From positions 155,853 to 218,535 of the forward strand of contig JBHLOY010000005.1 of assembly GCA_048939995.1 (NCBI GenBank): a DNA stretch of 62,683 nucleotides, written 5' to 3'. Positions 46,670 through 56,793 of the stretch are shown here, piece by piece; position 1 is the first letter of the stretch; each line of letters begins with the position of its first letter. This stretch comes from Promethearchaeota archaeon (GTDB taxonomy: Archaea; Asgardarchaeota; Lokiarchaeia; Sigyniarchaeales; SOKP01). A program made the position numbers and the translations under genes. Under the pieces are notes generated by a model. It had not been told where the DNA came from and made no database searches. It was given only the letters and a program-made list of their open reading frames with translations.

Positions 46670-46877
46670 AAAAGATCATAAGTTCTATTTAAATATTTTA
46701 TTTTTAATAAAAATTTAATATGCCAATTTGTAATTTTTGTAGTATGGAAATCAAAAAATTGAAGAAATCAATTCGAATTTCATTAGGAAACATGGTGAAT
46801 GGAAAATTTGACGCTGAAAAGATCTTTTTTTATCATTTAGAGTGTTTAATGAGTGGTTAAGCTCGAGATGATCCTTG

Positions 46878-48326
46878 CTATTCTAAAACCTTATTCCAAT
46901 TAGAGTAGTTAACGATTCTTTTATAATTTTGAACAATACTCTTGAATAAAGTACAGCCTAAACAGAACATATTTACAAAATCTTCAAATGTTAAATTTAA
47001 AATCTTGCAACTTGACTTCGAAAACCCAATTCCCCTTTCAACCTCGATTTTACCATTATAACCAGAAAGATTAACTACAAACTCTTCCTTATTCGACCCA
47101 TTTATGAAGTTAGTCCTTGAAATTCTTGCTAATCCACCAATAGGAATAATCCTATTGTCTTTTTGAGCTAAATATATACGTATATCAAATGTATGTTTTT
47201 CTCCATTCCAATCTATTAATGAAAATTCAGCTTTTTCTTGTAGCGTGTAAGGAAACGGATTCCGAGCATCCTTAAATTTATTATAGAACTCTTTTTTGCT
47301 TTCTTCTAATATCCTTCTAATATTAGAATTATCGTCATTTCTAGATATTTGCATAACACCAGCGCCTCCTGATCCACCTACTGGCTTAAGTATAAGAGAT
47401 TTATTAAACCCATTCTTGAAAGTTTCAACTTTATTTATAAAATCTCTTTCAAAGTAAGCTTTAGTGAACAATAAATATTTTAATTTATATTTTTCCAACT
47501 CCTTTTTATTTAGGTGACTTGAGAGGTATGTAAGTGATTTATCATCAGTAATGATAAAAATAGGATTAACTATTATAGTGTTTAACTTTCTAAAGTCTTC
47601 TTTTAAAACAGTAATAAATTTTTTAGAACTTAGACGCCTTGCAATTCCATCACCAATCAATAGATTGATCTTCTCTCCACTAAACTCAACCCAATTATGG
47701 GAATAGGATATTGAATCAGAAATTTGATTGTAATCTGCAATTAAAAAGATAAACTCTGCTTTAAATTCTGCATCAAAATTATCGATATTAAATATTTTGA
47801 CTGTATGCCCTTCAGCTTTTAATTTTCTTCTAAAATAATCAATCATTAAGACTTTTTCATGTATTAAATTATCATTCTCAGGAACTCCTACTAAAATTAA
47901 TATTTTTCCGTCTTCTCTTTTGTTATTACTAAATGCCTTATAAATGGCTCCAAGATATCCATTATAAAGGAGATTTTGTTGTTTCTCCGAAAGAATTGAA
48001 ATTCCTCGATGAGAACCCCCATTTGTTTCTAATAAGAAAAATTTATTTCCATCGGGTTCACTTGAGACCATAAAATCAATACTTCCTACATAGAAGAAGT
48101 CATTATTCTGCAAGTAATTGTCACCCTCCTTCAACATTCTTTCTAATGCCTCTTCTCTAACCTGATCCACAAAATTATCATCTTGAGAAGCTCTTAAAGC
48201 CGCAAAAGATATTAAATCTAACCCTAAAGCTTTTCCTAATTTAATTAATTCCAAGTCTGATTCAGATATATTTTTTGACATTAAGTTTAAAAATTTTGTG
48301 AGTAAATTCTCACCCAATATTATCAC
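46878..48326 (-). CDS. Circularly permuted ATP-grasp ligase
   Basis: SIDF..LLETN near the N-terminus; DDK, LKPVGGSGGAGV, LQE, FDIRIY, AR, VVNLS later. Confidence 0.65.
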   Translation of the reverse strand: MIILGENLLTKFLNLMSKNISESDLELIKLGKALGLDLISFAALRASQDDNFVDQVREEALERMLKEGDNYLQNNDFFYVGSIDFMVSSEPDGNKFFLLETNGGSHRGISILSEKQQNLLYNGYLGAIYKAFSNNKREDGKILILVGVPENDNLIHEKVLMIDYFRRKLKAEGHTVKIFNIDNFDAEFKAEFIFLIADYNQISDSISYSHNWVEFSGEKINLLIGDGIARRLSSKKFITVLKEDFRKLNTIIVNPIFIITDDKSLTYLSSHLNKKELEKYKLKYLLFTKAYFERDFINKVETFKNGFNKSLILKPVGGSGGAGVMQISRNDDNSNIRRILEESKKEFYNKFKDARNPFPYTLQEKAEFSLIDWNGEKHTFDIRIYLAQKDNRIIPIGGLARISRTNFINGSNKEEFVVNLSGYNGKIEVERGIGFSKSSCKILNLTFEDFVNMFCLGCTLFKSIVQNYKRIVNYSNWNKVLE

Positions 48327-48365
48327 TCAAGAATGATATTACTAATTAGAAGATATCATTGATTA

Positions 48366-49571
48366 TTATAAATACAAATACCCTTGATGGTTTCCTTTTG
48401 TACTTAATCTTAAACTCCCAAGTAGGATCTTTTTAACTTGTGTTTGTTCTTTAAAATTTAAATCTGAGAACAAAAGAATATATTTTTTCTCTAAATTAAT
48501 TACGAATAATAGCCCAACCTTGATAAGTTTCGAATCTTCAGTCATCAAGGAGATAATCACATAGTGATACGGTAAGTTAATTAGATCATTCACATTTATG
48601 TCAACTTCAACGATTTTATCGTTTTCTTTATCGTAATCATTTTTAATGAATTTTATGCCGTCTAAAGGGATAGAAATCTTTCTAAAATTTTCTAGAATCT
48701 TAGCAAACTGGCTTTGCCTAAGAAATCGTCTTTCTTCTTTATCCTTTTCATAAAAAAATTTATTCGTTTCTTTTAAGAAAATTATTTTCCTATTTTTTGA
48801 TTTCAAGGCATTTTGTTCTATTTCTTTTAATTCTTCAAGAGTATCGTCATGAAAAATTATTAAGATATCTGGATCTACGGTATCAATAAAGAAATTTTTA
48901 TAAATAATACCTGCTTCTGTTTTAATCCACCCATCAGTGTCAATAAGAATATATTTTGAATCCTTATGCCTTTTAACATAATTATCAATTAGAGCCTTAC
49001 ATGAATGGGCTACAATGAATTTAAAGCTTGATTTCGGAAAGGTACTACCTATGAAAACTGTCTCATCAGAATTTATATCTGCGCTTGATATTATGAAATC
49101 CCCAATTTTACCAATATTCAAAGTTGTAGGTAAATAAATAATCTGTTGCCCCAGATCCGAATCAAGATAACCCCCTATTAATCCCTCTTTAAGAATATTA
49201 TTAGCTAAATACTTTATAAGGGTTGTCTTACCACTACTTATTCCTAAGACCATTATTTTAAGAGGCGTCTGTGATTGATTCTTTTTAATTTCATTAATAA
49301 CAATATCTTTAACTCTAACCCATTCCTTGTTGATTGTGTTTTCTTCGACAACTTCAACGTGATCTTCATCTGCTATATAAATTTCAAATTTAGAAGACTC
49401 CAATGTATAAATCGGATATTTAGCTGCGCTTGGTATTATAAAAGAAGGTTCTTCACCAGCTTTTTGAGCTGTAAAAATTTTACCAAACACATCAACTTTT
49501 CCTTCAAGAAGATTAACTCTAGATGGCCCTTTAATTAATAATGTATGATTTTTATCTACATTTTTAATCAT
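48366..49571 (-). CDS. Clp1/Nol9/Grc3-like polynucleotide 5'-kinase
   Basis: N-terminal GP..LLEGKVDVFG domain, SGKTT, DSDLGQ..PT, IDTDGW, R...R lid. Confidence 0.8.
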   Translation of the reverse strand: MIKNVDKNHTLLIKGPSRVNLLEGKVDVFGKIFTAQKAGEEPSFIIPSAAKYPIYTLESSKFEIYIADEDHVEVVEENTINKEWVRVKDIVINEIKKNQSQTPLKIMVLGISSGKTTLIKYLANNILKEGLIGGYLDSDLGQQIIYLPTTLNIGKIGDFIISSADINSDETVFIGSTFPKSSFKFIVAHSCKALIDNYVKRHKDSKYILIDTDGWIKTEAGIIYKNFFIDTVDPDILIIFHDDTLEELKEIEQNALKSKNRKIIFLKETNKFFYEKDKEERRFLRQSQFAKILENFRKISIPLDGIKFIKNDYDKENDKIVEVDINVNDLINLPYHYVIISLMTEDSKLIKVGLLFVINLEKKYILLFSDLNFKEQTQVKKILLGSLRLSTKGNHQGYLYL

Positions 49572-49717
49572 AAAACACTCATTTCATTATGTTTAAATTA
49601 AATAATAGGGGTGTCTCTCGACATCTTTTACCAATAAAGAATATTTCTTTTTTCAGTTTTTTATTTATAATCAAATATTTCCTTTAATTTTTAAAACTTT
49701 TTTAATTTAATCTAATT

Positions 49718-50470
49718 TCATATTTGTTTAATAAAATTAATTATTTCAGAAATAATTATTTCATTATCGGGACTTTCAAGAATTGGATGCTCATTATTTT
49801 CTAACCAAATTTTTCGTTTCACTTTTGAATCAATATTTTCATATATATAATCCATACTTTTAGGTTTTATAACGGAATCTAAACGGCCTTGGAGTAATAA
49901 TGCTGGGCATTTAATTTTAGGTAAGTTTTTCTTCATCTCTTTAATGAGTTTCTTCATCTTTGTTGCTTGATTTAATGGAATTTTATCATAACCAACCCAT
50001 TTTCCATTTGTCTGCATTCTAAATTTTTCAGCAGGAATAGGATAATACTTTAGAAATAACTCAATTAATGGCACTAACTTACTTAAAAAAGGCTTAATAC
50101 CTACTGGAGCCCCTATTGTAAAAATTCCATCCAAATTATACTTGCCTGCTAAAATTAATGCTAGAACACCACCCATAGAATGACCACCCACAATTATTTT
50201 GTCATAATTTTTTTTAAGTAATATCAATTCTTCATTCAACGCACTTTTCCAAGCATCTAGGGAGGTATTCTTTAAATCTTTAGGAGATGTACCAAATCCG
50301 GGAAGTAAAGGAACTGAAATCGTCCAACCACTACGATTATGAATATCCTCAGCAATATATTTGAAATCAGCGCATGTTCCCCCTCCTCCTCCTGGAATCA
50401 TTAAAATCCCTATGCTATTGCCTTGAAAGTAAAAAGGACCAGCTCCTTCTAAGATATTTTGATTAAGCAT
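49718..50470 (-). CDS. Carboxylesterase (alpha/beta hydrolase)
   Basis: LPGFGT, GHSMGG, QGRLDSV, catalytic H. Confidence 0.85.
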   Translation of the reverse strand: MLNQNILEGAGPFYFQGNSIGILMIPGGGGGTCADFKYIAEDIHNRSGWTISVPLLPGFGTSPKDLKNTSLDAWKSALNEELILLKKNYDKIIVGGHSMGGVLALILAGKYNLDGIFTIGAPVGIKPFLSKLVPLIELFLKYYPIPAEKFRMQTNGKWVGYDKIPLNQATKMKKLIKEMKKNLPKIKCPALLLQGRLDSVIKPKSMDYIYENIDSKVKRKIWLENNEHPILESPDNEIIISEIINFIKQI

Positions 50471-50489
50471 ATTTAATCAGGAGTTTGAG

Positions 50490-51029
50490 TCATTTTTTCA
50501 TAGCTTTATAGCAAGATATACACATTTTTGATCCTTGATAATCAACAAGACGAGAATTCATAGTTAATTCATTACATACCTCACAAGGTATAGACTCTTC
50601 AATCTCAGCATGGCTAGGTGGCTTAAATTCTACTTCGCTAATGTTAAAAATTTCTTCTGGGCTAGATGACAATAATTTGTTGACTTTCTCATCCCTTGAT
50701 AATTTTTTGTCTTCAAAAACAGAAGTTTTCAACGCCAATCTAATCCCTCTTTCAGATTTACGATTGTATATCGTAAAGTTATTTTTGCCATAATCTAAAT
50801 GTACTAAATTTCCTTTACCATATGTTGTTCCTAATAAGGCTTGAATTGCATCTATACTACAATTATCATTTTCAACGACTGCTACTAATTCCTCGTCTAG
50901 AGAAGGTTTAAAACCATGATCTAGAATAAATTTTGCCACTAATACACCTATAGCTACACCAGGGCATATATGACCATGAAATAAAGTTGCCTTTTTCATT
51001 AAATCTTGTATATCCAAATAACTCACCAA
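50490..51029 (-). CDS. FmdE-family protein with C-terminal zinc finger
   Basis: FHGHICPG, ENDNCSIDAIQ, GKGNL, CEVC..CISC. Confidence 0.9.
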   Translation of the reverse strand: MVSYLDIQDLMKKATLFHGHICPGVAIGVLVAKFILDHGFKPSLDEELVAVVENDNCSIDAIQALLGTTYGKGNLVHLDYGKNNFTIYNRKSERGIRLALKTSVFEDKKLSRDEKVNKLLSSSPEEIFNISEVEFKPPSHAEIEESIPCEVCNELTMNSRLVDYQGSKMCISCYKAMKK

Positions 51030-51088
51030 TTTTATAAAAAATCCATTTATATAATTTATTAGATGATATTTATATATTTTTTATAGAT

Positions 51089-51607
51089 ATGAAATTTTCT
51101 ATTGAAAATACTACTGATTTGAAATTCCTAGTCGATGCGATGTTAGGAAGATTAGCACGCTTTTTACGAATTTTTGGATATGATACTGTATATGCAAATG
51201 ATCTAAGGGAATATTTTAAAATGGATCCCATTCCTGACAATAGTTTAAAAGACTATGCTGAAGATAGTGGACGAATAATAGTAACGAAAGATAACCTATT
51301 TTACGCTAAAAATAGAAGCAGAAGTATATATTTAGAAGGAGAGGGCATATATAATTACTTAAACCAACTTAAAAGAACTCTAAATATCAGTTATGAATTT
51401 GATATAAAGAAGGCGAGATGTTCTATTTGCAATTCAGAGTTAGTTAAGGTAAAAGACAAAAATTCAATTAGAGATAAAGTTTTAAAAGAGACTTATAAGA
51501 ATTACGATGAGTTTTATCAATGTATCAACCCAAAATGCAGAAAGGTTTTTTGGAGTGGACCTCATATATTAGACATCACGAATAATTTAAAGAAGAGCCT
51601 TAAATAG
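51089..51607 (+). CDS. Mut7-C RNase domain protein
   Basis: DAMLGRLARFLRIFGYD, RCSICN, C...C.KVFW.G.H. Confidence 0.9.
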   Translation: MKFSIENTTDLKFLVDAMLGRLARFLRIFGYDTVYANDLREYFKMDPIPDNSLKDYAEDSGRIIVTKDNLFYAKNRSRSIYLEGEGIYNYLNQLKRTLNISYEFDIKKARCSICNSELVKVKDKNSIRDKVLKETYKNYDEFYQCINPKCRKVFWSGPHILDITNNLKKSLK

Positions 51608-51616
51608 AATTTTTTT

Positions 51617-51838
51617 CTAAAAATAGGTTTGCTTAATTTCTTGAAATCTTTGCTTAGTCTTTTCGGCCTCTTCTATGCATTTACCCTTGATATACATATT
51701 ATAAGCTTGATTCAATAATTCAAGGACCTTTTTATATTCTTTATTCTTAAAATGGTTTTCTGAAAGTTCTATTAGGTAATCGCCTTTCTTCTTATAAAAG
51801 GCCATAAAATCCTTAGAGGTATCAATATTTTTGTCCAT
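51617..51838 (-). CDS. Small TPR-like hypothetical protein
   Basis: Helical repeat pattern, 73 aa. Confidence 0.55.
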   Translation of the reverse strand: MDKNIDTSKDFMAFYKKKGDYLIELSENHFKNKEYKKVLELLNQAYNMYIKGKCIEEAEKTKQRFQEIKQTYF

Positions 51839-51890
51839 TTTATTATCATTATTACACTTTTAAGAATATATAAAATTAAATCTGTATTGT

Positions 51891-53315
51891 TTAAAATTTT
51901 TCTGCTTTTCTACGGAACTCCTCTAAATCTATGATTTTATCATTTAATCGGGATTCTTCAGCAGCAAAAGCCATCAAGTGACTTTCTAATGATGCACGAG
52001 CATTTGTTAAAGGTTGAATTTTGTGCTTTCCAATTAGAGTCTCAATAAACTCATCCAAAAGTTCAAAATCCCCTTCATCTTTTTTACTCGCTTCCAAAGA
52101 CATCTTTCTTATATGTGCTAATTTTTTTTTTCCCGTAAAGTGGTCATAAAAATATAGTTTTTCCCCACTGACATTAAATTCTCCTATTAATGTTGCTTTT
52201 GTTCCATCTATCCTTAATGTACGTCCTTCTTGTTCGCTGAAACCATGCATCGTTAGATTAGCTGTAACTCCATTTTCAAATTCAATATTTACAATTTGAT
52301 GATCAACCACATTATTATCACAGCGATAAACACATCTACCAAAAGGACTAGTTTTTAGAATTAAAGCCTTAGCTTTGTCAGAATAGTCTTCTTTCTGACC
52401 TGTATATAAATAATATATTGGGAAATCTTGGTAATATCTTAATTTTTTAAATGGTTTTACAATTTTAGAAATATACGTTAAAAAAGTCGAATGACTCCTT
52501 CTTAGCCAAGCTAATAATTTTATAGTTAAATTTTCACTTTTTGCCATCATCTGAGTTATTGGCAATATATCAATATAAATTCTTGGAGCATAGTATAGAC
52601 AGTACTTTTTTGCAGGACATCCATCCAAACAGTAGTTAGGACCCTCTTTCGGAGCATTCTCTGCCTTAAAGTGCAATAGATTACCAAAAGAACTTATCTT
52701 TTTTGGCAAAGAATTCACTATCCAATAAAGAAGATCTAAATCATGACAACACTTGGCAAGGATCATAGGTGAGGATTTTTCCTTATTTGCCCAAGGTCCT
52801 CTTATATAGCTATGTGCATAATGATACCACATTACATTCTCTCTATGTGTAATATTGATAATATCTCCAAGTAATCCTTTATTTACTATTTCATGTACCT
52901 TTGAAAAGAAATTAGAGTATCTAAGTATGTGTCCTACTCCTAATATTCTCCCTGTTTCTTCCACCTTTTTCACTATTTTAATGCAATCTTGTAGAGTGTG
53001 TGCCATTGGCTTTTCTAATAAGACATCATAGCCCTTATCTAGGGCTTGAATTGTTGGTTCTGTATGCATTTGATCCTGGGTACATATAAATGCAACATCT
53101 GCAAATTGCTCTTCTTTAAATAACTCTTGCCAACTTTCATAGCACCTTTCAGGAAGAATTCCATGTAGAGAAGCAAATTTCTTACGTCTTGTTTCTATAG
53201 GTTCAGCTACAGCGACGAACTTTAGTTTTTTTCTATATTTTAGAGCATAATCTCCATATACTGTTAGGCCACGCCTACCAGCTCCAATGAGTACCGCAGT
53301 TATAGTTTTTGTCAT
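51891..53315 (-). CDS. Gfo/Idh/MocA family oxidoreductase
   Basis: IGAGRRG, LLEKPM, AKCCHDLD. Confidence 0.9.
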   Translation of the reverse strand: MTKTITAVLIGAGRRGLTVYGDYALKYRKKLKFVAVAEPIETRRKKFASLHGILPERCYESWQELFKEEQFADVAFICTQDQMHTEPTIQALDKGYDVLLEKPMAHTLQDCIKIVKKVEETGRILGVGHILRYSNFFSKVHEIVNKGLLGDIINITHRENVMWYHYAHSYIRGPWANKEKSSPMILAKCCHDLDLLYWIVNSLPKKISSFGNLLHFKAENAPKEGPNYCLDGCPAKKYCLYYAPRIYIDILPITQMMAKSENLTIKLLAWLRRSHSTFLTYISKIVKPFKKLRYYQDFPIYYLYTGQKEDYSDKAKALILKTSPFGRCVYRCDNNVVDHQIVNIEFENGVTANLTMHGFSEQEGRTLRIDGTKATLIGEFNVSGEKLYFYDHFTGKKKLAHIRKMSLEASKKDEGDFELLDEFIETLIGKHKIQPLTNARASLESHLMAFAAEESRLNDKIIDLEEFRRKAEKF

Positions 53316-53336
53316 TTTTTTCAGAATGTTTATGAT

Positions 53337-54455
53337 TTATCTATCTATAACAGAAGCAATTTTTCCTTCAATTAATAAATAATCTAATAAAACAATAGCA
53401 GTCATGGCTTCAATGACAACAATGATCCTAGGTACTATACAAGGGTCATGACTTCCTTCAATTCGAATTTCCTCTTCCTGCAACGTCTGAATATTTATTG
53501 TTTTTTGGGAGCGTTTAATAGATGGGGTTGGTTTAATAGCTACTGTAAATTCTATTGGCATTCCTGTAGATATCCCCCCTATAATTCCTCCTGAATTGTT
53601 TTTTTCGGTTAAAATCTTACCATTCTTAAAAATCCAAGGATCGTTATGCTCAGATCCTCTCATTCGAGCAGCATTAAAGCCCGCCCCGAATTCGATCCCT
53701 TTTATTGCAGGGATCGCAAAAATGGCTCTGCTTAAATTTGACTCAAGACTATTAAAAATTGGCCCTCCAACACCAGTTGGGTAATTATTAACAATACATT
53801 TGACTAAACCACCTATAGAATCTCCATCATCTTTCACAGTCTCAATTTCTTTTACCATTTTCTTAGATAATTCTGCATTTAATGTTTTTACTGGGGATTC
53901 TTCTCTGACTTTAATCTTCTGCTCAAAATCCTTAATATCATAATATAAATTATCTATTATTGATCCAATTCCTTTAGTATATGCGAAAATATTAATACCA
54001 TTTCTAAGTAAAACTTGCTTAGCTAATGCACCTGCCATAACAAAACTTGCTGTCATTCTTCCAGATAAATGTCCAGATCCTCTATAATCTGCAAATCCTC
54101 CAAATTTCTTCAAAGAAGAATAATCGATTTGAGACGGTCTCAATAAATTTTTGATCTTTTCATATTTTGAAGAATCAATATCTTTATTTTTAATAATAAG
54201 GCATATTGGGGCACCAGTAGTTTTGTTATTGAAAACTCCTGACAATATTATTGCTTTATCAGGTTCTTTTCTAGATGATGTTAAATATGAGAGTCCAGGT
54301 TTCCTTAAATTTAATTCATTTTGAATTAAATTTATATCAACATCTAAACCTGCTGGTATCCCATCAATTATGGCTCCTATTACTTCTCCGTGACTCTCTC
54401 CAAAAGAAGTTATTTTTAAAGCATTACCAAATGTATTATTTCCCATTTCTACCAC
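53337..54455 (-). CDS. aroC: Chorismate synthase
   Basis: FGESHG, TTGAPI, DSIGG, GSEHND, GGISTG, KPTPSI, HDPC. Confidence 0.92.
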   Translation of the reverse strand: MVEMGNNTFGNALKITSFGESHGEVIGAIIDGIPAGLDVDINLIQNELNLRKPGLSYLTSSRKEPDKAIILSGVFNNKTTGAPICLIIKNKDIDSSKYEKIKNLLRPSQIDYSSLKKFGGFADYRGSGHLSGRMTASFVMAGALAKQVLLRNGINIFAYTKGIGSIIDNLYYDIKDFEQKIKVREESPVKTLNAELSKKMVKEIETVKDDGDSIGGLVKCIVNNYPTGVGGPIFNSLESNLSRAIFAIPAIKGIEFGAGFNAARMRGSEHNDPWIFKNGKILTEKNNSGGIIGGISTGMPIEFTVAIKPTPSIKRSQKTINIQTLQEEEIRIEGSHDPCIVPRIIVVIEAMTAIVLLDYLLIEGKIASVIDR

Positions 54456-54545
54456 AATTAAGATGATTTATCATTTTTTAATTAATATTATATCCTTAAT
54501 TTTCTTAAGTTTTTATTCAAATAATATTGTTATTTTATAAAAAAA

Positions 54546-55865
54546 ATGAGCATAAAAATCAATCCAATTAGAGCCTTGAATGGAGAAATATTAGCTCCTC
54601 CATCGAAGAGTTATTCGCATCGTGTATTTATTGCTGCTAGTTTAGCTGAAGGCGTTTCTATAATTAAAAATCCCTTAATATTTGGGGATGTAGGAATTAC
54701 AATTGAAATTTTGAAAAAGTTGGGTGTAAAAATCTTAAACATGGGTAAAACTACTTATCTTGTTGAAAGAACTAAAAAGACCTTTAAAAGATGTGATGAA
54801 GTTTTAGATTGTAAAAATTCTGGTACCTCTATAAGAATCTTTACTGTTTTATCACTTTTAGTTGAAGGGGGGCTTTCATTTACAGGAGAGTTCTTAAAAA
54901 AAAATAGACCCATTCGCCCACTTCTGGAATCCTTAAATGAAATAGGTGTAAAGCATGAGCTCTCCGAAAATGTATTATCTGTCAAAAGAGTAAATAAGTT
55001 ATGTAATTTTATTAAAATTCCTGGAGATATCAGTTCACAATTCATAACGTCTCTTTTAATGATATGCCCATTAGTAATATGTGAAAATGATAACCCTATT
55101 ATAATTGAAGTAATAACTCCAATAAGATCATACCCTTATATAGAAATTACTAAGCATGTTTTAGATTCTTTTGGAATAAATATCATAGAGGATTTAAATC
55201 ACGAAAAAGTTGGTAGATATTACGTCAATAATCCCCAAAATTATAGAACTCAAATATTTGAGATTCCTGGAGATTTTTCTTCTATTGCAAATATCATTGG
55301 TGCAGTAGTAATTGCACCAGAAGATTCCAAAGTAGTATTCCACAATTTAGACTTTAAAAAACCTCAAGGAGACAAAAAAATAATTGAAATTTTACTTAAA
55401 ATGGGTGCAAATATTCAGATTGAAGAAGATAAAAATAAAATCACTGTTTATGGTAATCGAAATAAATTTGTTTTAAGAGGGTTGGATATAGATATAAAGG
55501 ATAACCCCGATTTATTTCCTATTTTAGCCATTATTGGTGCATTTGCAGAAGGTAAAACAACTTTATACAACGCTTCTACTCTAAGATTGAAAGAAAGCGA
55601 CAGAATTACTGCGGTCGCTTCTCAATTAGCTAAAATGGGAGTTAAAGTTAAACAAGGAAAAGATAAACTAACTGTTTATAATTGCACAAAATTGAAAGGG
55701 ACAATAATAAATCACGAGCAAGATCATAGAATTGCTATGGCCTTTATTGTAGCATCATTATATGCAGATTCATGCTCTCAAATCAATAATTTCAAGATAA
55801 TTGAGGATTCCTATCCAAATTTCATTACTGATCTAAATAAATTAGGGGCAAATATTAAGACTTAA
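54546..55865 (+). CDS. aroA: 3-phosphoshikimate 1-carboxyvinyltransferase (EPSP synthase)
   Basis: PSKSYSHR, NSGTSIR, SSQF, RLKESDR, DHRIAM. Confidence 0.93.
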   Translation: MSIKINPIRALNGEILAPPSKSYSHRVFIAASLAEGVSIIKNPLIFGDVGITIEILKKLGVKILNMGKTTYLVERTKKTFKRCDEVLDCKNSGTSIRIFTVLSLLVEGGLSFTGEFLKKNRPIRPLLESLNEIGVKHELSENVLSVKRVNKLCNFIKIPGDISSQFITSLLMICPLVICENDNPIIIEVITPIRSYPYIEITKHVLDSFGINIIEDLNHEKVGRYYVNNPQNYRTQIFEIPGDFSSIANIIGAVVIAPEDSKVVFHNLDFKKPQGDKKIIEILLKMGANIQIEEDKNKITVYGNRNKFVLRGLDIDIKDNPDLFPILAIIGAFAEGKTTLYNASTLRLKESDRITAVASQLAKMGVKVKQGKDKLTVYNCTKLKGTIINHEQDHRIAMAFIVASLYADSCSQINNFKIIEDSYPNFITDLNKLGANIKT

Positions 55866-55876
55866 TCTATTTTTGG

Positions 55877-56293
55877 TTATCTAAATGATTTCTGCCTTCT
55901 CTTTCTGGCTTTTGTACCACCAAAATGTTTGGGTTCTATTCTTCTAGAATCTCCAGAAAGTAAAGACTCATCATATTCTCTGAATGCTTTTTCAATTGCT
56001 TTAGTATTTATGAATTTATTAATTGCTTTGGCAATTGCTATTCTGGTTGCATCAGTTTGACCCATTTTTCCACCCCCCTTAACTTCAACATGAATATCAC
56101 ATTTATCTACTTTCGGATGTTCAATGACTTTTAATACTTCTTGAATCCTTAATCTAGCGATTACCGGTTCGTAGGATTCCAAGGGTACATTATTAATTTT
56201 TATCTGGCCTTTAGCAGGAAACTTTAAAACAGCTCTCGCTATAGCAGATTTCCTTTTTCCTGAAGATTGTATTATTTTAACTTTCTCAGACAT
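55877..56293 (-). CDS. rps9: 30S ribosomal protein S9 (uS9)
   Basis: GKRKSAIARA, GGG..GQ, EPKHFGG..AR...QKSFR. Confidence 0.96.
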   Translation of the reverse strand: MSEKVKIIQSSGKRKSAIARAVLKFPAKGQIKINNVPLESYEPVIARLRIQEVLKVIEHPKVDKCDIHVEVKGGGKMGQTDATRIAIAKAINKFINTKAIEKAFREYDESLLSGDSRRIEPKHFGGTKARKRRQKSFR

Positions 56294-56298
56294 ATTAA

Positions 56299-56769
56299 TT
56301 AAGCCTTAACTTTTTTATTATCCCATCCTAGTCTTGAACATAAATTTTCCAATGTAATATATTTATTATAATAAGAAAGTCTGCTTTTATCAGCATTAAG
56401 TATATCTTGAGGTTTTAATTTTTGGTACCTTTTTTGAAAACGTTCTGGAATGTCACCAACGTATACATGTACTCTCTTAATAGCATCTTTTCCTCGAAGT
56501 TTCTTCCTAGGTAACATCTTTTTAATAACCTTTCTCATTAAAGTGTCAGGTCTCCTTGGCCAAAAAGGCCCTCTAGTTGGATTAGTGGCAGTACTAATAT
56601 TTAATTTACTTAGATATTTTTCATGAATGTTATTCTTAGTTCCACTAATTATTGCATATTTTGCATTAAAAATAACTACTTTTTCTCCAAGTAAAACTTT
56701 TTTTGCTACTTGACTGCAAAAACGACCTAATATTTTATCTCTAGCATCTAATAATAAATATTCTTGCAT
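56299..56769 (-). CDS. rpl13: 50S ribosomal protein L13 (uL13)
   Basis: DA...LGR..S.VAK, NP.RGP..PRRP, MLP. Confidence 0.95.
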   Translation of the reverse strand: MQEYLLLDARDKILGRFCSQVAKKVLLGEKVVIFNAKYAIISGTKNNIHEKYLSKLNISTATNPTRGPFWPRRPDTLMRKVIKKMLPRKKLRGKDAIKRVHVYVGDIPERFQKRYQKLKPQDILNADKSRLSYYNKYITLENLCSRLGWDNKKVKA

Positions 56770-56793
56770 AATGACTCCCTTTTTGATTGAATT

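Noticed and set aside
46744-46860. 38-aa plus-strand ORF (MEIKKLKKSIRISLG...)
   Set aside because: No clear SD or motif; cannot be told apart from chance.
41649-48326. GGCT plus ATP-grasp as a glutamylation writer/eraser pair
   Set aside because: About 5 kb apart, on opposite strands, with unrelated genes between; no support without synteny data.
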